Shown: positions 1-9,476 of the stretch, in pieces
Numbering within the stretch: the stretch's first letter is position 1
Layout: each line of letters begins with the position of its first letter
Assembly: GCA_048885865.1 (NCBI GenBank)
Contig: JBHLLF010000028.1
Coordinates: forward strand, 1-35,023
Length of the DNA: 35,023 bases
Source: Candidatus Hermodarchaeota archaeon
GTDB taxonomy: Archaea > Asgardarchaeota > Thorarchaeia > Thorarchaeales > Thorarchaeaceae
Direction of reading: 5' to 3'
Position numbers and translations under genes: made by a program
The notes under the pieces: model-generated
Databases searched by the model: none
What the model was told of the DNA's origin: nothing
Seen by the model: only the letters and a program-made list of their open reading frames with translations

Positions 1-83
1 CCAAATCCTCCTACTCCATGCATTTTGAAATCAATCAAGGTAGTATTATCGTTTATTTTACCTGGCACTCTTATTGCTGTCAT
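1..83 (-). CDS. Partial CDS (N-terminus), possibly MBL-fold metallo-hydrolase
   Basis: Own translation MTAIRVPGKINDNTTLIDFKMHGVGGFG runs off the window edge, with a purine-rich GGGGAGA upstream. It resembles MBL-fold N-termini from memory; the catalytic motif is outside the window. Confidence 0.45.
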   Translation of the reverse strand, partial: MTAIRVPGKINDNTTLIDFKMHGVGGF

Positions 84-206
84 TCCATTATCTCCCCTAT
101 AGGTTGGCTCTCACTTGGTTGCCTGGTAGCAGATAAATTCTCTCGTTCACTGAATAATCAATAACTCATATATGGAAGGCTTCAACCACAGCAGCCCCTG
201 CTGGAG

Positions 207-2234
207 TTGATGGTTTTAACCTCGGATACACGCAGTGACAATGCAGATGTCAAAGCTAGAGAGATTCTCTCAAAGATGACATTGAAAGAGAAATTCCAGA
301 TGTTGACAAGTCCGGGCTATCGACGGATCTATTCAACCAAACCAATCAAGCGTCTTGGTATTCCTTCGTTCAGAATGACAGATGGACCGCTTGGCATTGC
401 GTATCACTCAGGTGGCTTCAAGAGATGCACAAGATTTCCTGCAACGATTTCAGTTGCTGCAACATGGAATAGATTGTTGGCGAATAAAATGGGCATGGCC
501 ATAGGAGAGGAGATTCGTGCTATCAATCGACACTTGCTGCTAGCTCCGGGTATCAACATTGCCCGAACACCGCTGAACGGGAGGACCTTTGAATACTTCA
601 GCGAAGACCCCTATCTGACAAAAGAACTATCTATTCAACTTGTGAAGGGAGTGCAGAGCAAAGGTGTTGGAGCCTGCGTAAAACACTACGCAGCGAATAA
701 TCAGGAGATTGACAGAAGATTATGCAACTCAGTAGTAGATGAAAGAACCCTGCATGAAATATACCTACGAGCCTTTCGTGAAGTTGTCATGGAAGCAGAC
801 GCATGGTCAGTCATGGGAGCTTACAATAAAATAAATGGGGTTTATGCGTGTGAGCATCCATATCTCATTCGAGAGATTCTGATGAACAGATGGGGGTTCA
901 AGGGATTTGTAGTGACAGATTGGTTTGCTACACGTCCATATGAGACTACTGAGGGATGTATCAATGCGGGCTTGTCATTGGAGATGCCTGTTCCTTCTAA
1001 ATACAAGCAGAAGACGTTGTTGAATGCATTTAATGAAGGTAAATTCACAGAAGCGACTCTGGATGAATTGGTGTTTCGGGTGTTGCGCGTGATGCACTTA
1101 GCAGGTGCATTTGAAGAAAGAGGCACCGTGTCCAAGGGGTCAAAAAACACAAGTGAGCACCAGAATCTAGCTCGGCAAATTGCGGAAGAAGGAATGGTTC
1201 TCTTAAAGAATGAAGGTCCAATACTACCCTTGAACCTCGAAGACATTGATACAATTGCACTGATTGGTCCCAACCTGAAGAAGAGATTTGGTAGGATACT
1301 GTATGGAGGATCTTCAGCAGTCTGGCCTCCCTATGAGATTTCGCCCTTGACAGGCATGCAGGAGATACTCAAGGGTAAGGCCAGAATTGTGAAAGACGCA
1401 TCATCTGCAGACGCTGCTATTCTCTTTGTTGGATTGAATCATGGTAAAGGTCAGGACTCTGAAACATATGACCGCGCAGAGCTTGGACTCCCTGAAGAGC
1501 AGGTTCAACTGATATGTGACACAGCTAGAGACAATCCAAATACAATCGTTGCTATTGTTGCAGGCAGCCCTATCGCAATGAACGACTGGCTGGAAAATGT
1601 GCCTGCAATCCTTGATGCATGGTATTCAGGAATGGAAGGTGGAAGAGCAATTGCCAACATGCTCTTTGGAGATGCATATCCGTCAGGCAAACTTCCAATT
1701 ACTTTTCCAAAGAAGCTGACCGACTCACCTGCCCATAGCACAGGTGACCCAAGGAATTACCCCGGCGATGAAGAAAAGAATGTATACTATGACGAAGGAA
1801 TTTTCGTAGGATATCGGTGGTTTGATGAAAAGGAGATTGAGCCACTATTTCCATTTGGCTATGGCGTGGGCTATACTTCATTCGAGTTTGGAGATGTTCG
1901 TCTTCAAAATGACAAATTCTCAGGAGTAACCGATTCAATTAGTGTTGAAGTGGATTTGGAAAACGTTGGAGAGAAAAATGGAGCTGAGGTCATTCAGATT
2001 TATTGCCGTGATATAGAGAGTTCTGTTGAGAGGCCGCCCCAAGAGCTGGTAGGTTTTGAAAAAGTGGTTTTGCAGCCGGGCGAGAAAAAGTCAGTACCTG
2101 TTTTGATAAAGGCAAAAGATCTGATGTTCTACGATGTAAATAGGCATGATTGGCATCTGGAACCAGGAGAATTCGAGCTAAGAATTGGAAACTCAAGTAG
2201 AGATCTATTCTCCAATCTGAAGATTAGCTGCTGA
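207..2234 (+). CDS. Glycoside hydrolase family 3 (beta-glucosidase/BglX-like)
   Basis: MTDGPLG, LLAPGINIARTPLNGRTFEYFSEDP, CVKHY, the VVTDW nucleophile motif and a C-terminal Fn3-like domain (GAEVIQIY...ELVGFEKV). No signal peptide. ATG at 210 is an alternative start. Confidence 0.95.
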   Translation: MMVLTSDTRSDNADVKAREILSKMTLKEKFQMLTSPGYRRIYSTKPIKRLGIPSFRMTDGPLGIAYHSGGFKRCTRFPATISVAATWNRLLANKMGMAIGEEIRAINRHLLLAPGINIARTPLNGRTFEYFSEDPYLTKELSIQLVKGVQSKGVGACVKHYAANNQEIDRRLCNSVVDERTLHEIYLRAFREVVMEADAWSVMGAYNKINGVYACEHPYLIREILMNRWGFKGFVVTDWFATRPYETTEGCINAGLSLEMPVPSKYKQKTLLNAFNEGKFTEATLDELVFRVLRVMHLAGAFEERGTVSKGSKNTSEHQNLARQIAEEGMVLLKNEGPILPLNLEDIDTIALIGPNLKKRFGRILYGGSSAVWPPYEISPLTGMQEILKGKARIVKDASSADAAILFVGLNHGKGQDSETYDRAELGLPEEQVQLICDTARDNPNTIVAIVAGSPIAMNDWLENVPAILDAWYSGMEGGRAIANMLFGDAYPSGKLPITFPKKLTDSPAHSTGDPRNYPGDEEKNVYYDEGIFVGYRWFDEKEIEPLFPFGYGVGYTSFEFGDVRLQNDKFSGVTDSISVEVDLENVGEKNGAEVIQIYCRDIESSVERPPQELVGFEKVVLQPGEKKSVPVLIKAKDLMFYDVNRHDWHLEPGEFELRIGNSSRDLFSNLKISC

Positions 2235-2274
2235 CATTTAGCTTGAGAGATCAACTCCTTACATGGTCTTAGCT

Positions 2275-3777
2275 CTAAGTCCTGAACTGCTTTCCTTCTC
2301 TCTTGCACAATATCTGGACTACATTCCTGCCTGTGTAGATGCTCCCGGGCACACCTCCGCCTGGCAGAACCCAGTGGCCTGCCATATAGAAGTTCTCCAA
2401 ACCAGGGAGTGTTCGAGGAATCATCTCGGTCAATGTGTTCCTTGTCAATAGCCACCCCATCGGAGATCCCTTGTCGTTTAGGGTGTATCTCCAAGAAGTG
2501 TACGGAGTTGCGACATCAATCATTTCGACCTGAGAAGTAATCCCGGGATAATGAACTTCGAGACGCTTGATTATCTCTTGTGCAATCTGATTCTTGACTG
2601 CTTTATACTGTTCATGGTTCTGTCGAAGGTTGCACCAGTACTCCCAATCGGTTTCTAGCATGACTTGAATGACAGTCTTTCCTTTTGGAGCAAATGCATC
2701 GCCATAGTTCATGACTCTCAATGGTAGACATGTAATTGAGCGTCCAGCATATTCGAGTGGTTCCTTCAGTACATATACAGTGAACGGCGCTTCTGCCTCG
2801 AATTCCCTATTTACACCTAGTGACACTGCTACCATTGGGTCATAGGGCTTCCATGTGTCGTAGCGTTTCTGGATCTTATCATCGACATACCTGCCGCCCA
2901 GCATGTCGAAGATTGTGCTTCTGCCATCAGCAGCAGACACGATACTATCTGCTCTGTGCTCAGTTCCATCAGCAAGAACTACACCAACGGCCACATCATT
3001 TTCAACCAAGATTTTCTCGACTTTTGATCGATATTGAATCTCTCCCCCAAGTGACTCGTACTTCTTTACAATAGCTTCAATGAATTCGTGGCATCCTCCT
3101 TTGAAGAGACCTAGGAATCCGCCAGCCACAGTGGCCATAATCATTATCACAAACCAGAACGAGATGTCAGGAGCAAATAGGTTCCTGATTAGCGTCTTCA
3201 TAAACGGGTCCTTGTAATATTCAGAATACCCAGCCGCAGTCTTGGACCACCTGCCCATGAAATACTTCATGAAGCCACGCATATTCCACATGTCTTTCAG
3301 TGAATCAAAGCGTCCTCTCAACTCCGGTGGAGCTGTGCTCATACCCAAGTCGGTCAACAGGGGCGAGTCCTTCATCCATCTCACCTCTTTAATAAACGCC
3401 TGAATCTCATCGGCGTCTTCCGGAGAGAGTTCAACTAGGTTTCGCTCGAGTTTCTCAAGGTCCATTGTGAATTCAGCGACCTTTGATCCAGTTTCATCCA
3501 CAAACCGCATATACTTAGTCATGTCCGCTATCTCATACGATCCAACTGCACCAATCTCTTCGTACACATCATATATTGACGTTCCTGGCTTGTGGCAGAT
3601 TAAGAAATGAATTCCGCCATCTATCAGGTACTCTCCCCTTCTCCAAACAGCCGCGACCCCGCCTGGCTTTGAGTGATACTCAAAGATTCTGCTCTTATAG
3701 CCATTTTTCTGTGCATAGCAGCCCGTGGAGAGTCCTCCCAACCCCGCTCCTATTATTATCATTGATTTCTTGCTCAT
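2275..3777 (-). CDS. NAD(P)/FAD-dependent oxidoreductase, phytoene desaturase-like family
   Basis: N-terminal IIIGAGLGGL...FEYHSKPGG Rossmann motif, DGGIH, and C-terminal ATPYT..RYT and LENFYMAGHWVLPGGGVP. Confidence 0.88.
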   Translation of the reverse strand: MSKKSMIIIGAGLGGLSTGCYAQKNGYKSRIFEYHSKPGGVAAVWRRGEYLIDGGIHFLICHKPGTSIYDVYEEIGAVGSYEIADMTKYMRFVDETGSKVAEFTMDLEKLERNLVELSPEDADEIQAFIKEVRWMKDSPLLTDLGMSTAPPELRGRFDSLKDMWNMRGFMKYFMGRWSKTAAGYSEYYKDPFMKTLIRNLFAPDISFWFVIMIMATVAGGFLGLFKGGCHEFIEAIVKKYESLGGEIQYRSKVEKILVENDVAVGVVLADGTEHRADSIVSAADGRSTIFDMLGGRYVDDKIQKRYDTWKPYDPMVAVSLGVNREFEAEAPFTVYVLKEPLEYAGRSITCLPLRVMNYGDAFAPKGKTVIQVMLETDWEYWCNLRQNHEQYKAVKNQIAQEIIKRLEVHYPGITSQVEMIDVATPYTSWRYTLNDKGSPMGWLLTRNTLTEMIPRTLPGLENFYMAGHWVLPGGGVPGSIYTGRNVVQILCKREGKQFRT

Positions 3778-3783
3778 CTCTCC

Positions 3784-4275
3784 TCACTCCATTTCTTCAC
3801 TTGTAAGATATTCCAAAACCTTCTCAAGAGCTGCATTCCAAACTCCAATTCCTTTGATTTCAGCATTCACAGCTCTATTCAGCGCAGTGTCTTTCTTCTT
3901 ATTCCTAGCCAAGAGATCTCTCATGCTGGCGATGAAATTCTGGTTCACAATGATAAGCTGTTGAAGCATTGACATGCCCAAGTTTGTCGAGGACGCGACC
4001 CGGTACCGATAGCCAGTCTTTCGAGACCCGCTTTTCTCAACAACACCATAGGTTTCGAGAACTTTGAGTGCGCGATTGACAGAAGGGATTGAAGTAGGGT
4101 ATTTCGATTCAGGGAAGAGTTCTCGTAGTCGTGCTGAGATTCCTCTCTGTGTCCACTCTCGGGGTTCAAGTAGCATTAGCCCCTCAATCCAGCCGCAGTA
4201 CTCGGGATACCCATATTGGTCATAGATAGTTCCTATAGTGGTTAGGAATTCTCTACGTAGCTTATAACTTGTCAA
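3784..4275 (-). CDS. GbsR/MarR-like winged-helix transcriptional regulator
   Basis: YGYPEYCGWIEGLMLL...SIPSVNRALKVLETYGVVEK...YRY wHTH pattern. The likely start is TTG at 4275 after GAGGAG, because the ORF-track start overlaps the divergent gene. It ends 6 nt before the oxidoreductase start, so the two probably form an operon. Confidence 0.75.
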   Translation of the reverse strand: MTSYKLRREFLTTIGTIYDQYGYPEYCGWIEGLMLLEPREWTQRGISARLRELFPESKYPTSIPSVNRALKVLETYGVVEKSGSRKTGYRYRVASSTNLGMSMLQQLIIVNQNFIASMRDLLARNKKKDTALNRAVNAEIKGIGVWNAALEKVLEYLTSEEME

Positions 4276-4318
4276 CTGCAGCTCCTCACAAGAAATATAG
4301 AAAATGACGAATTTAAGT

Positions 4319-4336
4319 ATTTCAGTATTCTGAAAT
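4319..4336. promoter_or_regulatory. Inverted repeat, candidate operator
   Basis: ATTTCAG-TATT-CTGAAAT (7-4-7) sits next to a minus-strand TATA-like CTTAAAT, upstream of the regulator in a divergent intergenic region. Confidence 0.4.
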
Positions 4337-4435
4337 TTTGAAATTATTAGGATTAGACAAGTCGAAGGCCGTGTCTTGCTTTCAGAGATGAACTTTAAGG
4401 CAAATTGCACCTCTGCACCTTGAGGGAGATTCAAT

Positions 4436-5218
4436 ATGCAGACCATGACTGATAGTATAAGAAATTCAGGTGTTCTTGATATTCGAGATAGACTGTCATT
4501 CATTTCTGGAGGGAGGGTCTTGGATGTGGGAACTCAGCAAGGCCGTTTCATTACTGTCATGATGAAATTCATGGAAAGCTATGAATCATTCGTTGGCATT
4601 GATATATCAGAGGCAGTTTTGGAGAAAGCTAGAGAGGCCATCACTGAGGATTTCGTTGAGTTCAAACTCATGAATGCCGAGGAACTTAGTTTCGAAGATG
4701 AATACTTTGATACGGTATGCATATCCCACTCTCTTCATCATCTCGACAGTATAGATAACGTTCTTGGGGAGATGCGGCGTGTACTAAAAGCAGGTGGACA
4801 TCTGATTCTTCAGGAGATATTCTCTGATGATGATCAGAGCGATGCACAGCAGACTGAGATTCTCACACATCACTTAGATGCAAGAATGGACAGAATCGAG
4901 GGGACTCCTCATTTTGATACACTTTCAAGACGACAGATTAAGGATATTGTAAACGGACTGGGAATGAGCGCCGTTGAAGTGTTCGAAACGGCATGGGGAC
5001 TTAATTGTCTAGATTGTGACGTGGCTGAGCAATGCGAAGATCCCAAGAGCGAATACAACATGAAACATGGTCGGGAGGAAATTGAAGATATTCTGAAAAG
5101 GGCGCAGGATCAGCCAGGGACTGATGGCATTCAACAAGAAGCCAAGCTCCTTCTTGATAGGCTGGAAAGAACCGGCTATCAATCCGCTTCGCTCCTATTC
5201 TTCGTCTGCAAGAAATAG
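4436..5218 (+). CDS. Class I SAM-dependent methyltransferase
   Basis: RVLDVGTQQG, VGIDIS, MNAEELSFEDEYFDTV, SLHH, EMRRVLKAGG. Confidence 0.92.
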   Translation: MQTMTDSIRNSGVLDIRDRLSFISGGRVLDVGTQQGRFITVMMKFMESYESFVGIDISEAVLEKAREAITEDFVEFKLMNAEELSFEDEYFDTVCISHSLHHLDSIDNVLGEMRRVLKAGGHLILQEIFSDDDQSDAQQTEILTHHLDARMDRIEGTPHFDTLSRRQIKDIVNGLGMSAVEVFETAWGLNCLDCDVAEQCEDPKSEYNMKHGREEIEDILKRAQDQPGTDGIQQEAKLLLDRLERTGYQSASLLFFVCKK

Positions 5219-5236
5219 TGCAATGGGTTGGAGAGC

Positions 5237-5338
5237 CTACTTCTTGATTCGTTCTTCTTCAATTCGTTCAAGTGTGACTAGAGCTGAGATACAAACATCC
5301 ATCGTCATACTCGGATATTGATTCTCTACCTTCTCAAC
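5237..5338 (-). pseudogene. 3' remnant of a paralog of the 6965-7324 gene
   Basis: Own translation VEKVENQYPSM-TMDVCISALVTLERIEEERIKK* aligns to IERLENRYLSM[17 aa]TMDDYINALLTLEKIEDGRIKQ*. Confidence 0.8.
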
Positions 5339-5384
5339 GGCAGAAGTTATTAATCAGCTTCATTTCTACTATTGACTTGTCGAA

Positions 5385-6911
5385 ATGCTTGAAGGGACGC
5401 GTGGTAGCTTGGACCCAGTTGGAACCATAACGAAATACTATCCGTTTGTTGATGAGAAAACTAGGTCCATCCTGAATTCCCTCATGAAGGACTCGAAGAA
5501 CTACTTCGATTTTGTAGGACGTTTAAGTGCTTTTGTGCTTGAGAATGAAGTTCCACTCAATTTAGCTTTTCTCGCAGCAGTCCATGCGTGGTGGTGTAGA
5601 GTAAAAGATATCATAGATGCAATTCAGGATAAGTACAAAGATACTCCGTGTATAAGGCCATGGGCATTTCACCTTGATTCGATGGAGAGAGACCAACTAT
5701 GGTTCCATGATTCAGTCGTCGACGCCATAGAGGGCTCACTGGACAACTCTATAGCCGATTGGATGGTAGTGGAGCTTCACATTCTTCACGCCTTTTTTCA
5801 CTATCCAATAGGTGAGGTCCCAAGTATTCTTGAGCCTACTAGGAAGGCAAAGGCCCTGATTGATGCCAACCCTCTTCTAGCCTGCTATGAGCCTACGGTC
5901 ACAACCTTCGAAGCCTATGCAAAAATGGGAGAGGGCAATCAGAATGAATCGCTCGACTTGGTCAGAAAGGGCAAAGAACTCGCCAAGAAAAATGACGACC
6001 CACTGTACAAGTACATGAACATGCTTCGAGAGGGGAATATCCTTAGGTGTTCCAGAGTGCATGACTCAATCATCGTATTCGAAGAGCTCTACAAACTGGC
6101 AGAAGACCTAGGAGTGCCTAGTCTTATCAGCGAAGTTCTGAACGATTCATCCATTGCATTTGAAGCTGTCGGAGAATACGATCTTGCGATTTCTTGTCAT
6201 GCTGAGATTTTAGAGATGGCAGCTGGCAAATGCGTCAGCGACACAACCTACATGCTTCTCTCCCGATTGTTTGCCACATTGAATGAAGGTATTCAATCTA
6301 TGGAATGGATTGACCACGGATTTGAATGCAGTGGTCCTATTGCAAGCCCCCCCTTGTACTACTATAAAGCCTGGTCGTTGGCTCTACAAGACCAAACTAG
6401 TGAGGCTGAGAAATATCTGGAAACTGTCTATCCTATGATAATGAAAGCTGGCGTAGAACTTCATCTACTCAACTACTATCACATTTCAGGAGTTGTTGAA
6501 CTAAGAAAGGGCAATCTATTAGCTGCGATGGAGCGTCTCACAAAAGCGTGGGAAATGGCCTTGCGCCTGCCTACAGGGACAAATCAGAATCGGATTCTCC
6601 TTGACTTGGCCCGAGTCGAGATTGCACTAGGAGGTCAATCGACAGACGCTGGCGCACGTGTCCCAGGAGAATGGCTCTCTAAGCTTGAAACTTTCGCATT
6701 GGAAAAGAATCTACCTGGCCTTCAAATGTACGCCGCATTGCTGAAGTCCGAATTTTGCATGAAACAAGGTCAGCTCGAAGATGCTCTTGAAACCCTTCGA
6801 AGCGCGCAGAATATCACTGATTCTTCGGGTGTCAAGACTCTGAGGGGTAGGACCTCTTCTCAAATTGAAAAGATAAGTGTCCTTATGGCAGACAGGAGTT
6901 CAATATCCTGA
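5385..6911 (+). CDS. TPR-like helical repeat protein
   Basis: Repeated helical motifs (VLNDSSIAFEAVGEYDLAISCH, GQLEDALETL). The N-terminus PVGTITKYYPFVDE resembles a family I recall as expanded in Thorarchaeia. Confidence 0.75.
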   Translation: MLEGTRGSLDPVGTITKYYPFVDEKTRSILNSLMKDSKNYFDFVGRLSAFVLENEVPLNLAFLAAVHAWWCRVKDIIDAIQDKYKDTPCIRPWAFHLDSMERDQLWFHDSVVDAIEGSLDNSIADWMVVELHILHAFFHYPIGEVPSILEPTRKAKALIDANPLLACYEPTVTTFEAYAKMGEGNQNESLDLVRKGKELAKKNDDPLYKYMNMLREGNILRCSRVHDSIIVFEELYKLAEDLGVPSLISEVLNDSSIAFEAVGEYDLAISCHAEILEMAAGKCVSDTTYMLLSRLFATLNEGIQSMEWIDHGFECSGPIASPPLYYYKAWSLALQDQTSEAEKYLETVYPMIMKAGVELHLLNYYHISGVVELRKGNLLAAMERLTKAWEMALRLPTGTNQNRILLDLARVEIALGGQSTDAGARVPGEWLSKLETFALEKNLPGLQMYAALLKSEFCMKQGQLEDALETLRSAQNITDSSGVKTLRGRTSSQIEKISVLMADRSSIS

Positions 6912-6964
6912 ATCTGGAGTCCGTCTGTGGTGGTGTGAAGAAGTTGCTTGGAAGGGGACTAACC

Positions 6965-7324
6965 TTATTGCTTTATTCTCCCATCCTCAATCTTCTCAAG
7001 CGTTAGAAGTGCGTTGATGTAATCGTCCATTGTCTGGGTTCTCTCTTTCAAAGTCAAACTTGAATCAAGAATCCGCTTCCTCAACATACTCAAGTACCGG
7101 TTCTCAAGCCTCTCGATATAGGTTGACGATCCCATCTTTGTCACTTTGATTCTTGGTTGACTCTGTATGTATTCGATTAGTCTGACCCAGCTTTCAGCAG
7201 TTACTGGATTGAGGCCAATCCTTTGGAACTCGGACTTTGGAAATGGTTCAGGCTGAGCCTCGATGAAGCTGAAGATAGACTCTGCTCGTTCGGCCAGTGT
7301 TCGTCGACGCCTCTTTTTGGACAT
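6965..7324 (-). CDS. Small basic protein, putative winged-helix DNA-binding protein (119 aa)
   Basis: Start MSKKRRRRT at 7324, probably leaderless, with TTTATATA about 25-30 nt upstream. AESIFSFI..FPKSEFQRIGLNPVTAESWVRLI..IKVTKMGSSTYIE fits an HTH plus wing (inference). Confidence 0.7.
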   Translation of the reverse strand: MSKKRRRRTLAERAESIFSFIEAQPEPFPKSEFQRIGLNPVTAESWVRLIEYIQSQPRIKVTKMGSSTYIERLENRYLSMLRKRILDSSLTLKERTQTMDDYINALLTLEKIEDGRIKQ

Positions 7325-7342
7325 AATACAATATTGTATTAT
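7323..7342. promoter_or_regulatory. Perfect 20-bp palindrome, candidate operator
   Basis: ATAATACAATATTGTATTAT is its own reverse complement. It overlaps the start codon of 6965-7324 in the divergent promoter region shared with the eutA-like gene. Confidence 0.65.
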
Positions 7343-7415
7343 ATAATATATAAACATATCTTTTATATGCAGGTCCTATTTCATCGATATCAGAACTTCA
7401 ATTGGATGGACCAAC

Positions 7416-9455
7416 TTGATTGAAGATGCTGTTGGAAACATGCAGTCTCATGTCATTAGTATCACTAGAGGCTTCTTCGAAGAACATTTCCCTGATGATG
7501 CAGAAGCCATGAGTACGGCATTCGCTGAAAAATACACATCGCTAGTAGGGCAGCAAGAAAGAGAAGACGCCACTGAAGTAGAAGGAATGCGAAACCTCAT
7601 TGTTTCCTTTAGGCCGGCGTTATCGTATGCCCTGCAACCATGTGAAGAATTTGACATGCTTATGACTATGATGTTGTATTCGTTCAAGGCTTCTTGGGAC
7701 GGAGCACACCGAAGAAGGTCGAAGCCTCCTCCCAAAAAAGGACCAGTCATGCCAGGCAGCGATCAGTCAGTGAACCTCGAATTCTATTGCACAGTATGCG
7801 AACAGGTTATTGATGTGCCTTATCAGAGGAAGATGGAGATTCTCAATTCTGAGGAAGAAGTTGAGCTTCCAACCCACTGTGGTAAGTCAGTTAAGATTAG
7901 AATTTCTAGAAAGATGGAAGAGCCAAAGGTGGAAGAGGCTGAACAAGAGGAGCCAATCGAACCCATCGAATTGCTGATGGGTCATGTGCCAGCTGATGAC
8001 GTTGAGTACATGAAGGTTCTTAGTGTCGGGATTGATATTGGTTCATCCACATCTCATCTCATTTTCTCTCGACTCACACTCAAACGGGAAACAAGCCTGT
8101 TCAATATCACGAATCGTTTCAACCTCGTCGACCGAGAGATCATCTACGCAAGTTCTATTATCTTCACGCCACTCATCGACCGATACAATATCGATGTCGA
8201 GGCTGTGATCGAGTTTTGTGAGGAGGAGTACAAGAAAGCCGGAATAACTCCGGAGATGGTTGAAACAGGCGCAGTTTTAGTTACAGGGGAGACTGCCAAG
8301 AAGGAAAATGCTGCAGTGATTGTTAATCGTCTATCATCCAAATCTGGCAAATTTGTTAGTGCAGCCGCTGGTCCAAATCTTGAATCCCTTCTAAGTGCTA
8401 TGGGAAGTGGGATTGTTGATCAATCGCTCTTCAGCCAGAAATCACATTTGCATGTTGACATTGGTGGAGGAACTAGCAACCTTGCTATTGTATCCCGTGG
8501 TCAGGTTCTAAGCACAAGTTGCATCAATGTTGGCGGCCGTTTGCTTGGGATTGATAAAGACCTCAAGATTTGGCGAATAGATGGCCCTGCACAATTCCTC
8601 ATGAGTGAACTAGGTATGCAGTATCAAATTGGTGATACCATTGCTGAAGAAGATGCAAGGAGTATTGCTAAAGAGTTTGCGGAAGCACTGTTTGAAGTAA
8701 TGCAAGGTCCAGCTGAGAGCAAAATTGCTAGGGAACTGATGATGACGGATGATTTGGATTTCTCAATCAAGATAGATGCCTACTCCTTCTCAGGTGGGAT
8801 TTCTGAGATGTTCTACGGCAGCGATGAGACCTTCGATGATATCGGAGTTATGCTAGCAGATGAAATCAAGGCCCTAGTCGAAGACAAAGGCTTGCCAGTG
8901 GTAGAGCCTGACAATAAGATTCGAGCCACAGTCATCGGCGCTGGAGCCTTTTCTCTCTCGGTGTCGGGCTCAACTACTTTCTTCGGTGAGGGCATTGAAC
9001 TACCACTCCCTAACATACCTGTTCTCCCTGTAGGTTTAGATAATGAGGAATTCTCTCCCGAAAGGCTGGTCAAGGAAATCCGTAGGTCATTCACAACTTT
9101 TGACATGATTGAGGGAGAGGATATTGTCGCCTTATACTTCAAAGACCGAGTCATATCTAGAGAATATATAGGCGATGGGTGGCTTCCACCATTTGCAGCG
9201 TCAATAGAAGAAGCTATGTCAAATTCTGTTTCAAAAAGGAAACCTATCATTTTGATATTTGGATACGATGTAGCCAAGAGACTGGGTCTCGCGATAAGGG
9301 ATGAAACTTCTATCAAGACTAACATTCTGGTTCTAGACGAACTGCTGCTGGAAGCAGGTGATTGGATAGATATTGGTGAACCCCTCAAAGGCACAGAAGC
9401 TTTTCCTGTCACTGTGAAGAGTCTTGTGTTCAACAAGAGCAAGAAGTATTCCTAG
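7416..9455 (+). CDS. eutA: EutA-family (ethanolamine ammonia-lyase reactivase-like) ASKHA ATPase with N-terminal extension and Zn ribbon
   Basis: VLSVGIDIGSSTSHLIFSRL, TGAVLVTGETAKKENA, FVSAAAGPNLES, HVDIGGGTSN, IRATVIGAG, GDWIDIGEP, PVTVKSLVF. About 195 extra N-terminal residues include CTVC...HCG. Confidence 0.85.
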   Translation: MIEDAVGNMQSHVISITRGFFEEHFPDDAEAMSTAFAEKYTSLVGQQEREDATEVEGMRNLIVSFRPALSYALQPCEEFDMLMTMMLYSFKASWDGAHRRRSKPPPKKGPVMPGSDQSVNLEFYCTVCEQVIDVPYQRKMEILNSEEEVELPTHCGKSVKIRISRKMEEPKVEEAEQEEPIEPIELLMGHVPADDVEYMKVLSVGIDIGSSTSHLIFSRLTLKRETSLFNITNRFNLVDREIIYASSIIFTPLIDRYNIDVEAVIEFCEEEYKKAGITPEMVETGAVLVTGETAKKENAAVIVNRLSSKSGKFVSAAAGPNLESLLSAMGSGIVDQSLFSQKSHLHVDIGGGTSNLAIVSRGQVLSTSCINVGGRLLGIDKDLKIWRIDGPAQFLMSELGMQYQIGDTIAEEDARSIAKEFAEALFEVMQGPAESKIARELMMTDDLDFSIKIDAYSFSGGISEMFYGSDETFDDIGVMLADEIKALVEDKGLPVVEPDNKIRATVIGAGAFSLSVSGSTTFFGEGIELPLPNIPVLPVGLDNEEFSPERLVKEIRRSFTTFDMIEGEDIVALYFKDRVISREYIGDGWLPPFAASIEEAMSNSVSKRKPIILIFGYDVAKRLGLAIRDETSIKTNILVLDELLLEAGDWIDIGEPLKGTEAFPVTVKSLVFNKSKKYS

Positions 9456-9476
9456 AAAGAGATTGCGTCACACGCT

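Noticed and set aside
2229-2246. TGC-TGA ends (here and at 23343-23348) as possible selenocysteine
   Set aside because: GH3 and flavodoxin C-termini are not known Sec positions, readthrough gives only short meaningless tails, and no SECIS was recognised.
2275-3777. crtI / carotenoid pathway assignment
   Set aside because: No crtB or other pathway genes are nearby, and the family is broad.
7298-7324. KKRRRR as a eukaryote-like nuclear localisation signal
   Set aside because: Basic N-terminal tails are common in archaeal DNA-binding proteins; there is no further support.
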